A stretch of 64,000 nt of DNA from Candidatus Gorgyraea atricola (GTDB taxonomy: Bacteria; Omnitrophota; Gorgyraeia; Gorgyraeales; Gorgyraeaceae): the NCBI GenBank assembly GCA_030765235.1, contig JAVCCW010000025.1:240-64239 (forward strand), in the 5' to 3' direction. Position 1 is the stretch's first letter, and the number at the start of each line of letters is the position of its first letter. Below, piece after piece: positions 9,253-17,876 of this stretch. Made by a program: the position numbers and the translations under genes. Below the pieces are notes generated by a model. The model was not told the DNA's origin. It did no database searches and worked only from the letters and a program-made list of their open reading frames with translations.

Positions 9253-9261
9253 GGGTGGATT

Positions 9262-10170
9262 ATGGAGAGAATTAAAAAACAGTTAACTGTGATAACGTTA
9301 TTTGTGTTTGTATTTACAGCCACAGCTTATAGCGCAGATGGGCATCTAAGGATACCGCTTTTATCAAAAGAGAAAGAGGCCCTGCAGAAATTAAGAGATT
9401 TATTTTATAATGACGACATGAACTTGCGAGAACGCTTGCATCTGCAGGGCATAACAGAAAAAGAAATTGACATTATCGGAAAAGAGACTAAAGAGCCTCA
9501 AGACTACAGATATTTTTATGAATACGAATTAGGGATTGTGCAAATCAAATCTTTGATGCAATATCTTAAAGGGCCAGTAATTTTAGTTATAGAAGGAGAG
9601 ATGGGTAGCGGCAAATCTACGTTAATACATAGGCTGGCAACAGGACGCGATTTTGGTATAAACCCTTCAGCTATCACTGTATTTGACGAAGATATTTTAG
9701 ACATGGAGCATGACGAAGACGAAATGAGAGATATAATAGAATTATTTATCGAAACGATAGAAACTGATAAGAATTTTATAATTTATGATGGGCATTTTTT
9801 TATACAGCATGTTCGCACGTTGCCTAGTGTATACGACAGAACGAAAGAGTTACTGAAAAAGTTTTATATTATTAAAGTTAGCATAGAAGCTATCTGGGAT
9901 AGAGAAGGGCGTATACTGACAAAAAACGAAGATTTTGTTACTATACCCACAATTGGTGACCTAGACTTTGATGATAAGTTGCAAAGCCAGAAAAGATATA
10001 TTATGATTAAGCCCGATGCGATACTACAAAAGGCAAAAGGGGATTCTTCAAAGGACTTATCCCGAGATGCTGTCCAACTCGGCAATAAGAAAAAAATCAT
10101 AAAAGAACTAAATCGTCTAAAAGTTAAGACGCTGCATTTTCTTAGGAAAATTGGTTTTAGATTTTTGTGA
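9262..10170 (+). CDS. Exported orphan protein with N-terminal HLRIPL motif and P-loop
   Basis: Start moved to ATG 9262 because the ORF-track start at 9208 lies in the leader. Signal peptide ending TAYS/A, DGHLRIPL, Walker A GEMGSGKS. Confidence 0.7.
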   Translation: MERIKKQLTVITLFVFVFTATAYSADGHLRIPLLSKEKEALQKLRDLFYNDDMNLRERLHLQGITEKEIDIIGKETKEPQDYRYFYEYELGIVQIKSLMQYLKGPVILVIEGEMGSGKSTLIHRLATGRDFGINPSAITVFDEDILDMEHDEDEMRDIIELFIETIETDKNFIIYDGHFFIQHVRTLPSVYDRTKELLKKFYIIKVSIEAIWDREGRILTKNEDFVTIPTIGDLDFDDKLQSQKRYIMIKPDAILQKAKGDSSKDLSRDAVQLGNKKKIIKELNRLKVKTLHFLRKIGFRFL

Positions 10171-10213
10171 TGTAGAAGAGAGTAAGCAGTCTTCCTAATA
10201 ATCCCATCCAAAT

Positions 10214-10250
10214 ATCAGATTTTCGATCTGACTCCGACTGGTTCGAATCC
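10214..10250 (+). pseudogene. Degenerate third tRNA-Glu fragment / att core
   Basis: ATCAGATTTTCGATCTGAC followed by GGTTCGAATCC, with no acceptor stem. Confidence 0.6.
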
Positions 10251-10305
10251 ACCGGGCGGAGGGGCCCACGAACAGAATACCCCACGCACCATAATATGGG
10301 ATAAA

Positions 10306-10346
10306 GAGATTGCTTCGGCCCCGGTAAATCGGGACCTCGCAATGAC
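10306..10346. repeat. GTCATTGCG...GAAGCAATC palindromic element (reverse orientation)
   Basis: Related copies at 10658-10709, 33435-33461, 62538-62571 and 62707-62758. Confidence 0.75.
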
Positions 10347-10523
10347 ATACATATTTCCCTGTTAACTTACCGATTATCCTAAAACCTATTAATCGCTTAT
10401 AACTTTCCTCTTTACAAAACCTTACCCACCTTGTATAATAATTCAGCTGCATGCCCCGTTCCAAATTTTATAGGATGTGGAATTGTTTAGGGGTATGTAT
10501 GTTTTTAGAGTCACTAAATCAAT

Positions 10524-10733
10524 ATGACAGCCAAATCAAAGATTTGGAACGGGGTGAAGAAAAAGGCTAAGCGTATAAAGGTACGTAGGTCTTGGACCAT
10601 TAATCCCAAAACTCGCGTAAAAAAGAGTGAGAAGCGCTATTCCAGAAAAGATAAAATGAGATTGCTTCGCGGAGTTTACCCCGAGCGAAGTCGAGGGGCC
10701 CGCAATGACGTATTGGAGGGTGATAAGATATGA
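10524..10733 (+). CDS. Small basic hypothetical protein, C-terminus encoded by a palindromic element
   Basis: Core [22 protein letters not shown]. Overlaps the hisG start (ATGA). True start may be GTG 10554. Confidence 0.55.
   Translation: MTAKSKIWNGVKKKAKRIKVRRSWTINPKTRVKKSEKRYSRKDKMRLLRGVYPERSRGARNDVLEGDKI
10658..10709. repeat. GTCATTGCG-family palindrome with nested CCTCGACTTCGCTCGGGG unit
   Basis: Near-exact reverse complement of 62707-62758. Confidence 0.75.
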
Positions 10734-11602
10734 AGTTAAAACTTGGACTTCCTAAGGGTAGCCTGCAAGAGGCTACTATCCGGATGTTTAAAAAAGCAGG
10801 CTTTAATATATCTATAGGTTCTAGAAGTTATTTCCCATCTATAGATGATATAGAGATAGAGCCGTTTTTATTAAGGGCGCAGGAGATGGCGAGATATGTT
10901 GCTGATGGCGCGCTTGACTGCGGCATTACAGGCAATGACTGGACCATAGAGAGCGGCAAACAGGTCGTAAAGGTGTGCGATCTTATATATGGCAAGCAGG
11001 GCCTCAGGCCAGTGCGCTGGGTTCTGGCAGTACCGAAAGATTCAAAGATAAGAAGCGCAAAGGATCTTAAGGGAAAACGTATAGCCACTGAACTCGTCAA
11101 TGCTACAAAGGCATATTTTAAGAAGAAAAAGGTGAGCGTGGATGTAGAATTCAGCTGGGGTGCGACAGAGGCAAAGGTGGGCGCAGGCCTGGTAGACGCA
11201 ATAGTCGAACTTACTGAAACAGGCATGAGCCTCAAGGCTAATAACCTTCGCATCATCGATACGATCTGCGAATCCACGACTCTTGTAGTAGCAAATAAGG
11301 CCTCGTGGAAGAATCCATGGAAAAGGCAGAAGATAGAATCCATAGCGCTTCTTCTAAAAGGCGCGTTGGCAGCTGAGGAAAAGGTAGGGCTTAAGATGAA
11401 CGTGGAAGAAAAGAATCTCAAGAAAGTGATCTCCATTCTTCCTGCCATGAAAAAACCCACCATCTCAAAACTTTCTCAAAAAGGATGGTGCGCGATAGAG
11501 ACTATAGTTGAAGAAACAATCGTTCGTAATATTATTCCAAAGCTGAAAAAGCAGGGCGCTCAAGGAATCATCGAATATCCATTGAATAAAGTGATACAAT
11601 AA
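10730..11602 (+). CDS. hisG: ATP phosphoribosyltransferase (long form)
   Basis: [26 protein letters not shown]-terminal regulatory domain. Confidence 0.95.
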   Translation: MKLKLGLPKGSLQEATIRMFKKAGFNISIGSRSYFPSIDDIEIEPFLLRAQEMARYVADGALDCGITGNDWTIESGKQVVKVCDLIYGKQGLRPVRWVLAVPKDSKIRSAKDLKGKRIATELVNATKAYFKKKKVSVDVEFSWGATEAKVGAGLVDAIVELTETGMSLKANNLRIIDTICESTTLVVANKASWKNPWKRQKIESIALLLKGALAAEEKVGLKMNVEEKNLKKVISILPAMKKPTISKLSQKGWCAIETIVEETIVRNIIPKLKKQGAQGIIEYPLNKVIQ

Positions 11603-11615
11603 CAGGAGGTCGTAC

Positions 11616-11705
11616 ATGCCTTGTGGCAGAAAACGAAAACGCAGAAAGATCTCGACTCATAAGAGGAAAAAAAGACGCAGAAGAGATAGACACAAGAAGA
11701 AGTAA
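11616..11705 (+). CDS. Small basic ribosomal protein bS22 / AURKAIP1-COX24 domain
   Basis: Hand translation MPCGRKRKRRKISTHKRKKRRRRDRHKKK*, with SD AGGAGG upstream. Below the ORF-track size cutoff. Confidence 0.85.
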   Translation: MPCGRKRKRRKISTHKRKKRRRRDRHKKK

Positions 11706-11720
11706 CCGCGGTTTACAACA

Positions 11721-13280
11721 TTGATAATGACTTCGAGACATTTATTAATCTTAGCGATTGCAGGGATAGTGGCTTTGCATGGCGTGGGCTGCGTGTCTAC
11801 AGAGAAGGCAAAGAAACGCGTAACATTCAGCCCTGCCCAGGAGATTTTGAGGATAGCAGAGAAAAAGACTGCTCCGTCCATAGCACCCCGTTCATACGCC
11901 CATTATTCTATGGGCATGATCTATGACAATGAAGGCAATGTCTCCCAAGCAATAGAAGAATACCTTAAGGCCATTGAGATCGATCCTGGCGCAGCGCCTG
12001 TGTATTATAAATTAGGCGCAGCTTACGTAAAACTGGGCAGGGCTAACGAGGCCATTGTAAATCTCAAAAAGGCATCAGAGCTCGACAAAGAAAATAGTCA
12101 CGCCAGATTTTTGCTCGCTCTTATTTATACCTCTCAGCAAAATTATGACGAGGCAGCAAAGGAATACGAAGAGATCTTGAAAAGCGACCCAAAGGATCTC
12201 GCGATCCTTACGTCCCTGGCAGATATGTATATACTTGGCCAGGATTTGGACAGGGCCATAAAGATCTATGAAAAACTTGCTGGAGAAAAAAGGGATTCAC
12301 CGCTGATCCATTTTAATCTCGGAGTCGTATACACAAAGGCAGCGCGGATCGAGGCCGCGGTGAAAGAATTTAAAAAGGCAATAAAGTTAAGGCCAGATTA
12401 TCTGGAGGCCCATTTAGCCCTGGCAGTGCTCTTTGAAATAAATAATAATCTGGATGGGGCAATAACGCATTACGAGAAGTCGATAAAACTCGACCCTGTA
12501 AATACAAAATTATATCGCCAGTTGGGTCAGCTCTATTTTCAGATGGAGAATGCCACTGAGGCGATACGCCAGTATAAGCTTTTGTTGAAGTTTGACCCTG
12601 AGGATGTTATTGCGCATATAGAGCTCAGTTATATCTATGTCGCAGATTCCAGGATCGATGATGCGATAGAACTTTTAAAAGAGGCGCTTCTTCTGGAGGA
12701 AAGAACAGAGGATATCTATCTTGCCTTGGGTTTTTGTTACAGTGAAAAAGGCGACAAAAACTCCGCGGTAGAGTCGTACAAAAAAAGCATAGAAGTAGAC
12801 CCCTTTAATCCAAAATCTCATTTTTATCTGGGGGCAATGCTTGAAGATATGGGCCAGCGGAAAGACGCGTTCCTGCAGCTGGAGAGATCCCTAGAGTTAA
12901 ATGCTGATGATCCTGAGGTATTGAATTATCTTGGTTATATATACGCTGAGGAAGGCATAAATCTTGAAGAGGCAGATCGTCTAGTAAGAAAGGCGCTCTC
13001 TATGAGCCCGAATAACGGCGCGTATATAGATAGCCTTGGGTGGGTTTATTATAAAAGGGGCATGTTTGAAGAGGCGAAGCTGGAACTTGAAAGGGCGATA
13101 GGGCTGATAGGTGACGATCCTGTAGTATATGATCATCTGGGAGACGCGTATTTTAAGACAGGCGCGCTTGATCAGGCAAAAGGGGCCTGGCAAAAATCAC
13201 TCCAACTTAACGAAAACAAGGAAGTTCAAAAGAAACTGGATGAGCTATGTCAAAAAGAAGAGCTGATATCAAAGAATTAG
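11721..13280 (+). CDS. TPR-repeat (lipo)protein
   Basis: Lipobox-like GVGC, many TPRs, NYLGYIYAE...YIDSLGWVYYKRG signature. Confidence 0.9.
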   Translation: MIMTSRHLLILAIAGIVALHGVGCVSTEKAKKRVTFSPAQEILRIAEKKTAPSIAPRSYAHYSMGMIYDNEGNVSQAIEEYLKAIEIDPGAAPVYYKLGAAYVKLGRANEAIVNLKKASELDKENSHARFLLALIYTSQQNYDEAAKEYEEILKSDPKDLAILTSLADMYILGQDLDRAIKIYEKLAGEKRDSPLIHFNLGVVYTKAARIEAAVKEFKKAIKLRPDYLEAHLALAVLFEINNNLDGAITHYEKSIKLDPVNTKLYRQLGQLYFQMENATEAIRQYKLLLKFDPEDVIAHIELSYIYVADSRIDDAIELLKEALLLEERTEDIYLALGFCYSEKGDKNSAVESYKKSIEVDPFNPKSHFYLGAMLEDMGQRKDAFLQLERSLELNADDPEVLNYLGYIYAEEGINLEEADRLVRKALSMSPNNGAYIDSLGWVYYKRGMFEEAKLELERAIGLIGDDPVVYDHLGDAYFKTGALDQAKGAWQKSLQLNENKEVQKKLDELCQKEELISKN

Positions 13281-14071
13281 AAAAAATAGCAAAAGAGATC
13301 CGGATTGAAATAGTGAAGATGCTTACTTGCGCTGGCTCAGGCCATACAGGTGGGTCGTTATCCATGGTGGAGCTTGTCGTGGGGCTTTATTTTTATAAGT
13401 TTAGATGCGAATCTGACAAGCCACTCTGCGATACGCGTGACATATTTGTGCTTTCAAAGGGCCATGCCTGTCCTGCGCTATACGCAGTGCTCGCGCACAT
13501 GAATTTTTTCGATAAGAAAGAACTATGCACATTGAGAAAGACAGGCACGCGGCTTCAAGGCCATCCTCAGGTCGGACTGCCAGGCATAGAGGCATCAACT
13601 GGTTCTTTGGGTCAGGGCCTTTCGATCGCGAATGGATACGCGCTTGCCGCAAGATTAAACAAAGACCCTAAGCGCATCTATTGTCTTATGGGCGATGGTG
13701 AGCTCGATGAAGGACAGATCTGGGAAGCAGCCCTTACATCAGCGCATTATAAGTTAGATAATGTGTGCGGCATAGTGGATAATAATAAATTTCAGATAGA
13801 TGGAAGAATAGAAGATGTAAAAGGCCTTGAACCACTTAAGGAAAAATGGCGCGCGTTTAACTGGGAAGTGCTGGAGGTAGACGGGCATAGCATAAAAGAA
13901 GTGGTAGATGCTTATGACAAGGCAGAAACCATAAAAGGAAAGCCTACTTTAATAATAGCGCACACAGTGAAGGGAAAAGGCGTTTCATTTTTTGAAAACC
14001 AGAATCAATATCACGGCGTAGCCCCTAGTAAAGAAGAATTAGAAAGAGCGTTAAAGGAATTAGGATCGTAG
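13247..14071 (+). CDS. Transketolase, N-terminal subunit
   Basis: SGHTGGSLS, LSKGHA, GSLGQG, GDGELDEG. Confidence 0.95.
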   Translation: MSKRRADIKELEKIAKEIRIEIVKMLTCAGSGHTGGSLSMVELVVGLYFYKFRCESDKPLCDTRDIFVLSKGHACPALYAVLAHMNFFDKKELCTLRKTGTRLQGHPQVGLPGIEASTGSLGQGLSIANGYALAARLNKDPKRIYCLMGDGELDEGQIWEAALTSAHYKLDNVCGIVDNNKFQIDGRIEDVKGLEPLKEKWRAFNWEVLEVDGHSIKEVVDAYDKAETIKGKPTLIIAHTVKGKGVSFFENQNQYHGVAPSKEELERALKELGS

Positions 14072-14080
14072 AAAGGCAAT

Positions 14081-15019
14081 ATGGACAGAAAACCAACAAG
14101 AGATGGATTTGGCGAAGGACTTTTGGAGCTGGGCAGTAACCGGCAGGACATAGTGGTACTTTCAGCAGACCTGACAGATTCTACGCGCGCAGGATGGTTT
14201 AAAAAGAAATTTCCTGAGAGATTTTTTTCAATGGGCGTGAGCGAACAGGACATGATCTCTACTGCAGCAGGCATGGCGCTTTCAGGCAAAATAGCCTTTG
14301 CCTGCACATTCGGAGTATTTGCCGCAGGCAGGGCATGGGATCAGGTACGGGTCTCAGTCGCATACATGGATCTGGACGTAAAGATAGCTGGGACGCATGG
14401 AGGCGTATCAGTAGGACCAGATGGCCCAACGCACCAGGCAATAGAAGAGATAGTGCTCATGCGCATCCTGCCAAACATGAGAGTAGTTGTGCCGTGTGAT
14501 GCTATAGAAGCGAAAAAAGCGACCATTGCCAGCGCTTCTTGTAAGGGCCCTGTGTATCTGAGGCTGGGCAGGTTAAAAGAACCCATTATTACAAAAGAGG
14601 AAGATAGTTTTGAAATAGGTAAAGCAAAGGTTTTAAGGAATGGCAAGGATGTTACGATCATAGCATGCGGCCATGAAGTGAGTGAAGGACTTATCGCATG
14701 CGAGATTTTAAAAAAGCAAGGCATTGACGCGCGTCTTATTAATCTACACACAGTAAAACCGATTGATAAAGCCACGATTTTAAAAGCAGCCAGAGAAACA
14801 GGCGCGATAGTAACAGCTGAAGAACATACTATAGCAGGCGGCATGGGCAGTGCTGTATGCGAGGTCTTGATGCAGGAGAACCCAGTGCCAGTGGAGTTCA
14901 TAGGCGTAAAAGATAGATTTGGCGAATCAGGCGATCCTAACGAGCTTTTTAAGATATTTGAATTAACCGCGGAAGACATTGCTAAGGCGGCGAAAAAGGT
15001 TATCGCAAGAAAGAAATAA
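14081..15019 (+). CDS. Transketolase, C-terminal subunit
   Basis: MGVSEQDM, GPDGPTHQAIE, AEEHTIAGGMGSAV. Confidence 0.95.
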   Translation: MDRKPTRDGFGEGLLELGSNRQDIVVLSADLTDSTRAGWFKKKFPERFFSMGVSEQDMISTAAGMALSGKIAFACTFGVFAAGRAWDQVRVSVAYMDLDVKIAGTHGGVSVGPDGPTHQAIEEIVLMRILPNMRVVVPCDAIEAKKATIASASCKGPVYLRLGRLKEPIITKEEDSFEIGKAKVLRNGKDVTIIACGHEVSEGLIACEILKKQGIDARLINLHTVKPIDKATILKAARETGAIVTAEEHTIAGGMGSAVCEVLMQENPVPVEFIGVKDRFGESGDPNELFKIFELTAEDIAKAAKKVIARKK

Positions 15020-15039
15020 ATGTAGGTCACGCAATAGCT

Positions 15040-15074
15040 GCTTATAGCAGCTGTAGGGCACACTTTAGTGTGCC
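15040..15074. repeat. GTAG-type REP element
   Basis: GCTTATAGCAGCTGTAG-GGCACAC-TTTA-GTGTGCC, identical at 20512-20546, with a variant at 27314-27336. Confidence 0.8.
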
Positions 15075-15085
15075 AAAAGAGTTTC

Positions 15086-15973
15086 ATGCATGAATTCATT
15101 GTCTACGCCCCAGCAAAGTTGAATTTGTATTTAGATGTAGTTGGAAAGCGGCCTGACGGTTACCACGATATAGAAACGATCTTTGAAAAAATAGATTTAA
15201 AAGACGAGATCCTCATAAGAAAGAAAGGCAGAACCCTTGAGGTAAAAGTAGAACCTCATGACGTATGTCCTTCAGGCGATGACAACATTGTTTATAAGGC
15301 TGTTCAGGCCCTTTTAAAAGAGGCCAATGCTGATCTGGGCTTGGAGATAGTCGTCAAAAAAAATATACCTGTCTCTGCTGGGCTGGGAGGAGGCTCGAGC
15401 GATGCAGCATCAGCGCTTCGCTCTATAAATGAACGATTCGAACTGGCTGTGCCTTTCGAACGACTTTTATCCATTGCCTCGGCTACAGGCGCAGACGTTG
15501 GATTTTTTATGCAGGATGATCCTTTTGCAATAGGCACTGGCAGAGGAGACACTATAGAACCAATAAATACAGATTGTTCTTTGTCGCACGTGGTCATAAA
15601 GTTTGAGCTATCTATCTCAACATCCGAGATGTACAAAAGGCTTGATAGCCACAAGAGAAAATCCAAACGCTCAAACATCAAAGACATCGCCTCGAACATT
15701 AAAAATAAAGATATATCTTTAGTAGGCGCGAATTGTTACAATATCTTTGAGGAGGTCCTGGATGGTTATGGCCAGGATATAAAGAGAATCAAGGTTTTAT
15801 TGTCACAGGCAGCTGGAATGCCTGTGTTTTTATCTGGGAGCGGACCTTCGATCTTCTGCACAGTTAAAAGCAGGGGGGAGGCGATGAAAATAGCAGAGAA
15901 GGTGCCGAAGGGAAACAGGTTGAAATCGTTTGTTGTAACAACGAACACTGGAGGCATCTATGGAGATAACTGA
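15086..15973 (+). CDS. ispE: 4-diphosphocytidyl-2C-methyl-D-erythritol kinase
   Basis: APAKLNLYL, KNIPVSAGLGGGSSDAA, LSGSGPS. Start moved past the REP element. Confidence 0.95.
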   Translation: MHEFIVYAPAKLNLYLDVVGKRPDGYHDIETIFEKIDLKDEILIRKKGRTLEVKVEPHDVCPSGDDNIVYKAVQALLKEANADLGLEIVVKKNIPVSAGLGGGSSDAASALRSINERFELAVPFERLLSIASATGADVGFFMQDDPFAIGTGRGDTIEPINTDCSLSHVVIKFELSISTSEMYKRLDSHKRKSKRSNIKDIASNIKNKDISLVGANCYNIFEEVLDGYGQDIKRIKVLLSQAAGMPVFLSGSGPSIFCTVKSRGEAMKIAEKVPKGNRLKSFVVTTNTGGIYGDN

Positions 15974-16358
15974 GGTTAGGATATTTCCAAAAGAGGGATT
16001 GAACAATAAGCTGCGCGCATACGCTACCATAACTATTGAGAATGCATTCGTGGTCAGAAATATAAAGGTCATAGAGGGGAAGAACGGGCTTTTTGTAGCA
16101 ATGCCGTCGCGAAGAATGAAAGATTCGTGCCCGAAATGCGGGCATAAGAACGAGGTCAGAAGTAAATTTTGCAATGAATGTAGCGCTAGTATCCCTGCAA
16201 AGGCACCTGTAGCTGCTACCCCAGAGGCCCAACACGATGCGCGGCAGTCAGAGCATAAAGACATTGCGCATCCCATAACTGTGGAGTGCAGGGAGCGTAT
16301 CCAGAGAAAGGTCCTGGATGCGTACGAGGCAGAAAAGGGTAAGCCCAAGAGTATATAG
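15960..16358 (+). CDS. spoVG: SpoVG family protein with inserted zinc ribbon
   Basis: MEITEVRI, GLFVAMPSR, CPKC...CNEC insert, KDIAHPI. Confidence 0.9.
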   Translation: MEITEVRIFPKEGLNNKLRAYATITIENAFVVRNIKVIEGKNGLFVAMPSRRMKDSCPKCGHKNEVRSKFCNECSASIPAKAPVAATPEAQHDARQSEHKDIAHPITVECRERIQRKVLDAYEAEKGKPKSI

Positions 16359-16368
16359 CGGAAGATAG

Positions 16369-16442
16369 TGGGACGTCGTCCAAAGGTAGGACGCGAGGTT
16401 TTGGATCTCGTTATTGTGGTTCGAATCCACACGTCCCAGCCA
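16369..16442 (+). tRNA. tRNA-Gln(UUG)
   Basis: TGGGACG/CGTCCCA acceptor stem, anticodon arm CGAGG-TTTTGGA-TCTCG, GGTTCGAATCC, encoded CCA. Confidence 0.95.
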
Positions 16443-16494
16443 TCCTGCGCTCAAATGGGACGAATCTTCGAAGCATGCTTCGGATGGCAAACCA
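16440..16494. repeat. tRNA-trailer element CCATCC...GGATGG
   Basis: Homologous copy immediately after tRNA-Lys at 56821-56875. Confidence 0.75.
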
Positions 16495-16518
16495 TTGACT
16501 TACGGAAGGTAGAAGACC

Positions 16519-17787
16519 ATGAAAAATATAGCTGCTGTAATTTTAGCTGCGGGCGAGGGTACGAGGATGCGTTCCTCGATCCCCAAAGTGCTTCATACTA
16601 TTTGCGGGAGGTCGATGATAGACTATCCGCTGCTTACCCTAAAATCTATCGGCATACAGAATATAGTAGTTGTGGTCGGCCACAGGTCTGGCCTGGTACA
16701 AGAAAATCTAACAGGAGTAAAATGCATTAAGCAGGATAAACTTCTTGGCACTGGAGACGCGGTCTTAAAGACGAAAAATGTTCTTTTAAAAGATAATAAA
16801 ATAGACATGGTTCTTATAACATGCGGGGACGTGCCTTTATTAAAGGCCGAGACATTGCGGAGGCTTATCTCAAGACACCTCTCTACGCGTTCTGGCTGTA
16901 CCCTTCTTACTTCTCATCTGAAGAACCCTACCGGTTATGGCAGAATTTTACGTTCTGGCAATGATAAGATCGTGAAGATAGTCGAAGAAGTGGATGCCTC
17001 GATCTATGAGAAGGTCACAGAAGAGATAAATGTAGGCGTGTATTGTTTTGATAAAGATGCGCTTTTTGACGCGCTCCAAGAAATAAAGCCAAACAATAGA
17101 AAAAAGGAATATTACCTGACAGATACAATAGAGATCCTGGCCAAATCAGGCATAGTAGTAGATTCTATATCCACTGATGAGACTGAAGAATTTTTGGGTG
17201 TTAATACGCGGAGTGACCTGATGCAGGCAGAGGAGGTTGTGAGGCGCAGGGTCCTGGCTGATATCATGCAGAAGGGCGTGAGCATCATTGACCCGAACAA
17301 TACCTATATACAGGAGGGCGTTGAGATAAAAAGGGACACGGTAATATATCCCTATACATTTATAGATAACGGTGTTAAAATAGGCCAGAAATGCAGCATC
17401 GGCCCGTTCGCGCGATTGCGGCAAGGTACTGTACTGGATGAGGAAGTCTCCATTGGAAACTTTGTGGAGATAGTGCGCTCTAAAGTAGGCAAGGCCACAA
17501 AGATCCGCCATCAGTGCTATATAGGCGATACTGTAATAGGCAAGCGCGTCAATATTGGCGCGGGCACAATAGTCGCAAATTACGACGGAAAGCATAAGCA
17601 TAAGACTGTCATTGATGACAATGCTTTTATAGGTACAGGCACTGTATTAATAGCGCCTGTCAAGATAGGCAAGGGTAGTGTGACTGGCGCTGGCAGCGTT
17701 GTCACCAAGAACCATAACGTACCTGCGGGCAGGACGGTGATCGGCGTGCCTGCGAAGATACTAAAAAGGACCAAACACTCTGTGTAA
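16519..17787 (+). CDS. glmU: Bifunctional UDP-GlcNAc pyrophosphorylase / GlcN-1-P acetyltransferase
   Basis: LAAGEGTRMRS, GYGRI, EYYLTD, hexapeptide repeats, NYDG. Confidence 0.95.
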   Translation: MKNIAAVILAAGEGTRMRSSIPKVLHTICGRSMIDYPLLTLKSIGIQNIVVVVGHRSGLVQENLTGVKCIKQDKLLGTGDAVLKTKNVLLKDNKIDMVLITCGDVPLLKAETLRRLISRHLSTRSGCTLLTSHLKNPTGYGRILRSGNDKIVKIVEEVDASIYEKVTEEINVGVYCFDKDALFDALQEIKPNNRKKEYYLTDTIEILAKSGIVVDSISTDETEEFLGVNTRSDLMQAEEVVRRRVLADIMQKGVSIIDPNNTYIQEGVEIKRDTVIYPYTFIDNGVKIGQKCSIGPFARLRQGTVLDEEVSIGNFVEIVRSKVGKATKIRHQCYIGDTVIGKRVNIGAGTIVANYDGKHKHKTVIDDNAFIGTGTVLIAPVKIGKGSVTGAGSVVTKNHNVPAGRTVIGVPAKILKRTKHSV

Positions 17788-17859
17788 TGTTTAATGTGTA
17801 ATGTGTAATGTACCAAGCTGCCCCAATTACATTACACCTTACACCTTACACATTACACA
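17781..17859. repeat. Inverted heptamer tandem array (TGTGTAA / TTACACA-like)
   Basis: TGTGTAA-type units followed by TTACAC(C/A) units. Similar units at about 60956-60985. Confidence 0.7.
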
Positions 17860-17876
17860 AGCAAAGTGAGGTAACC

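Noticed and set aside
9208-9261. N-terminal extension MYEHLNQALEKGWFFGWI of the 9208 ORF
   Set aside because: It corresponds to the conserved leader hairpin. ATG 9262 gives a proper signal peptide.
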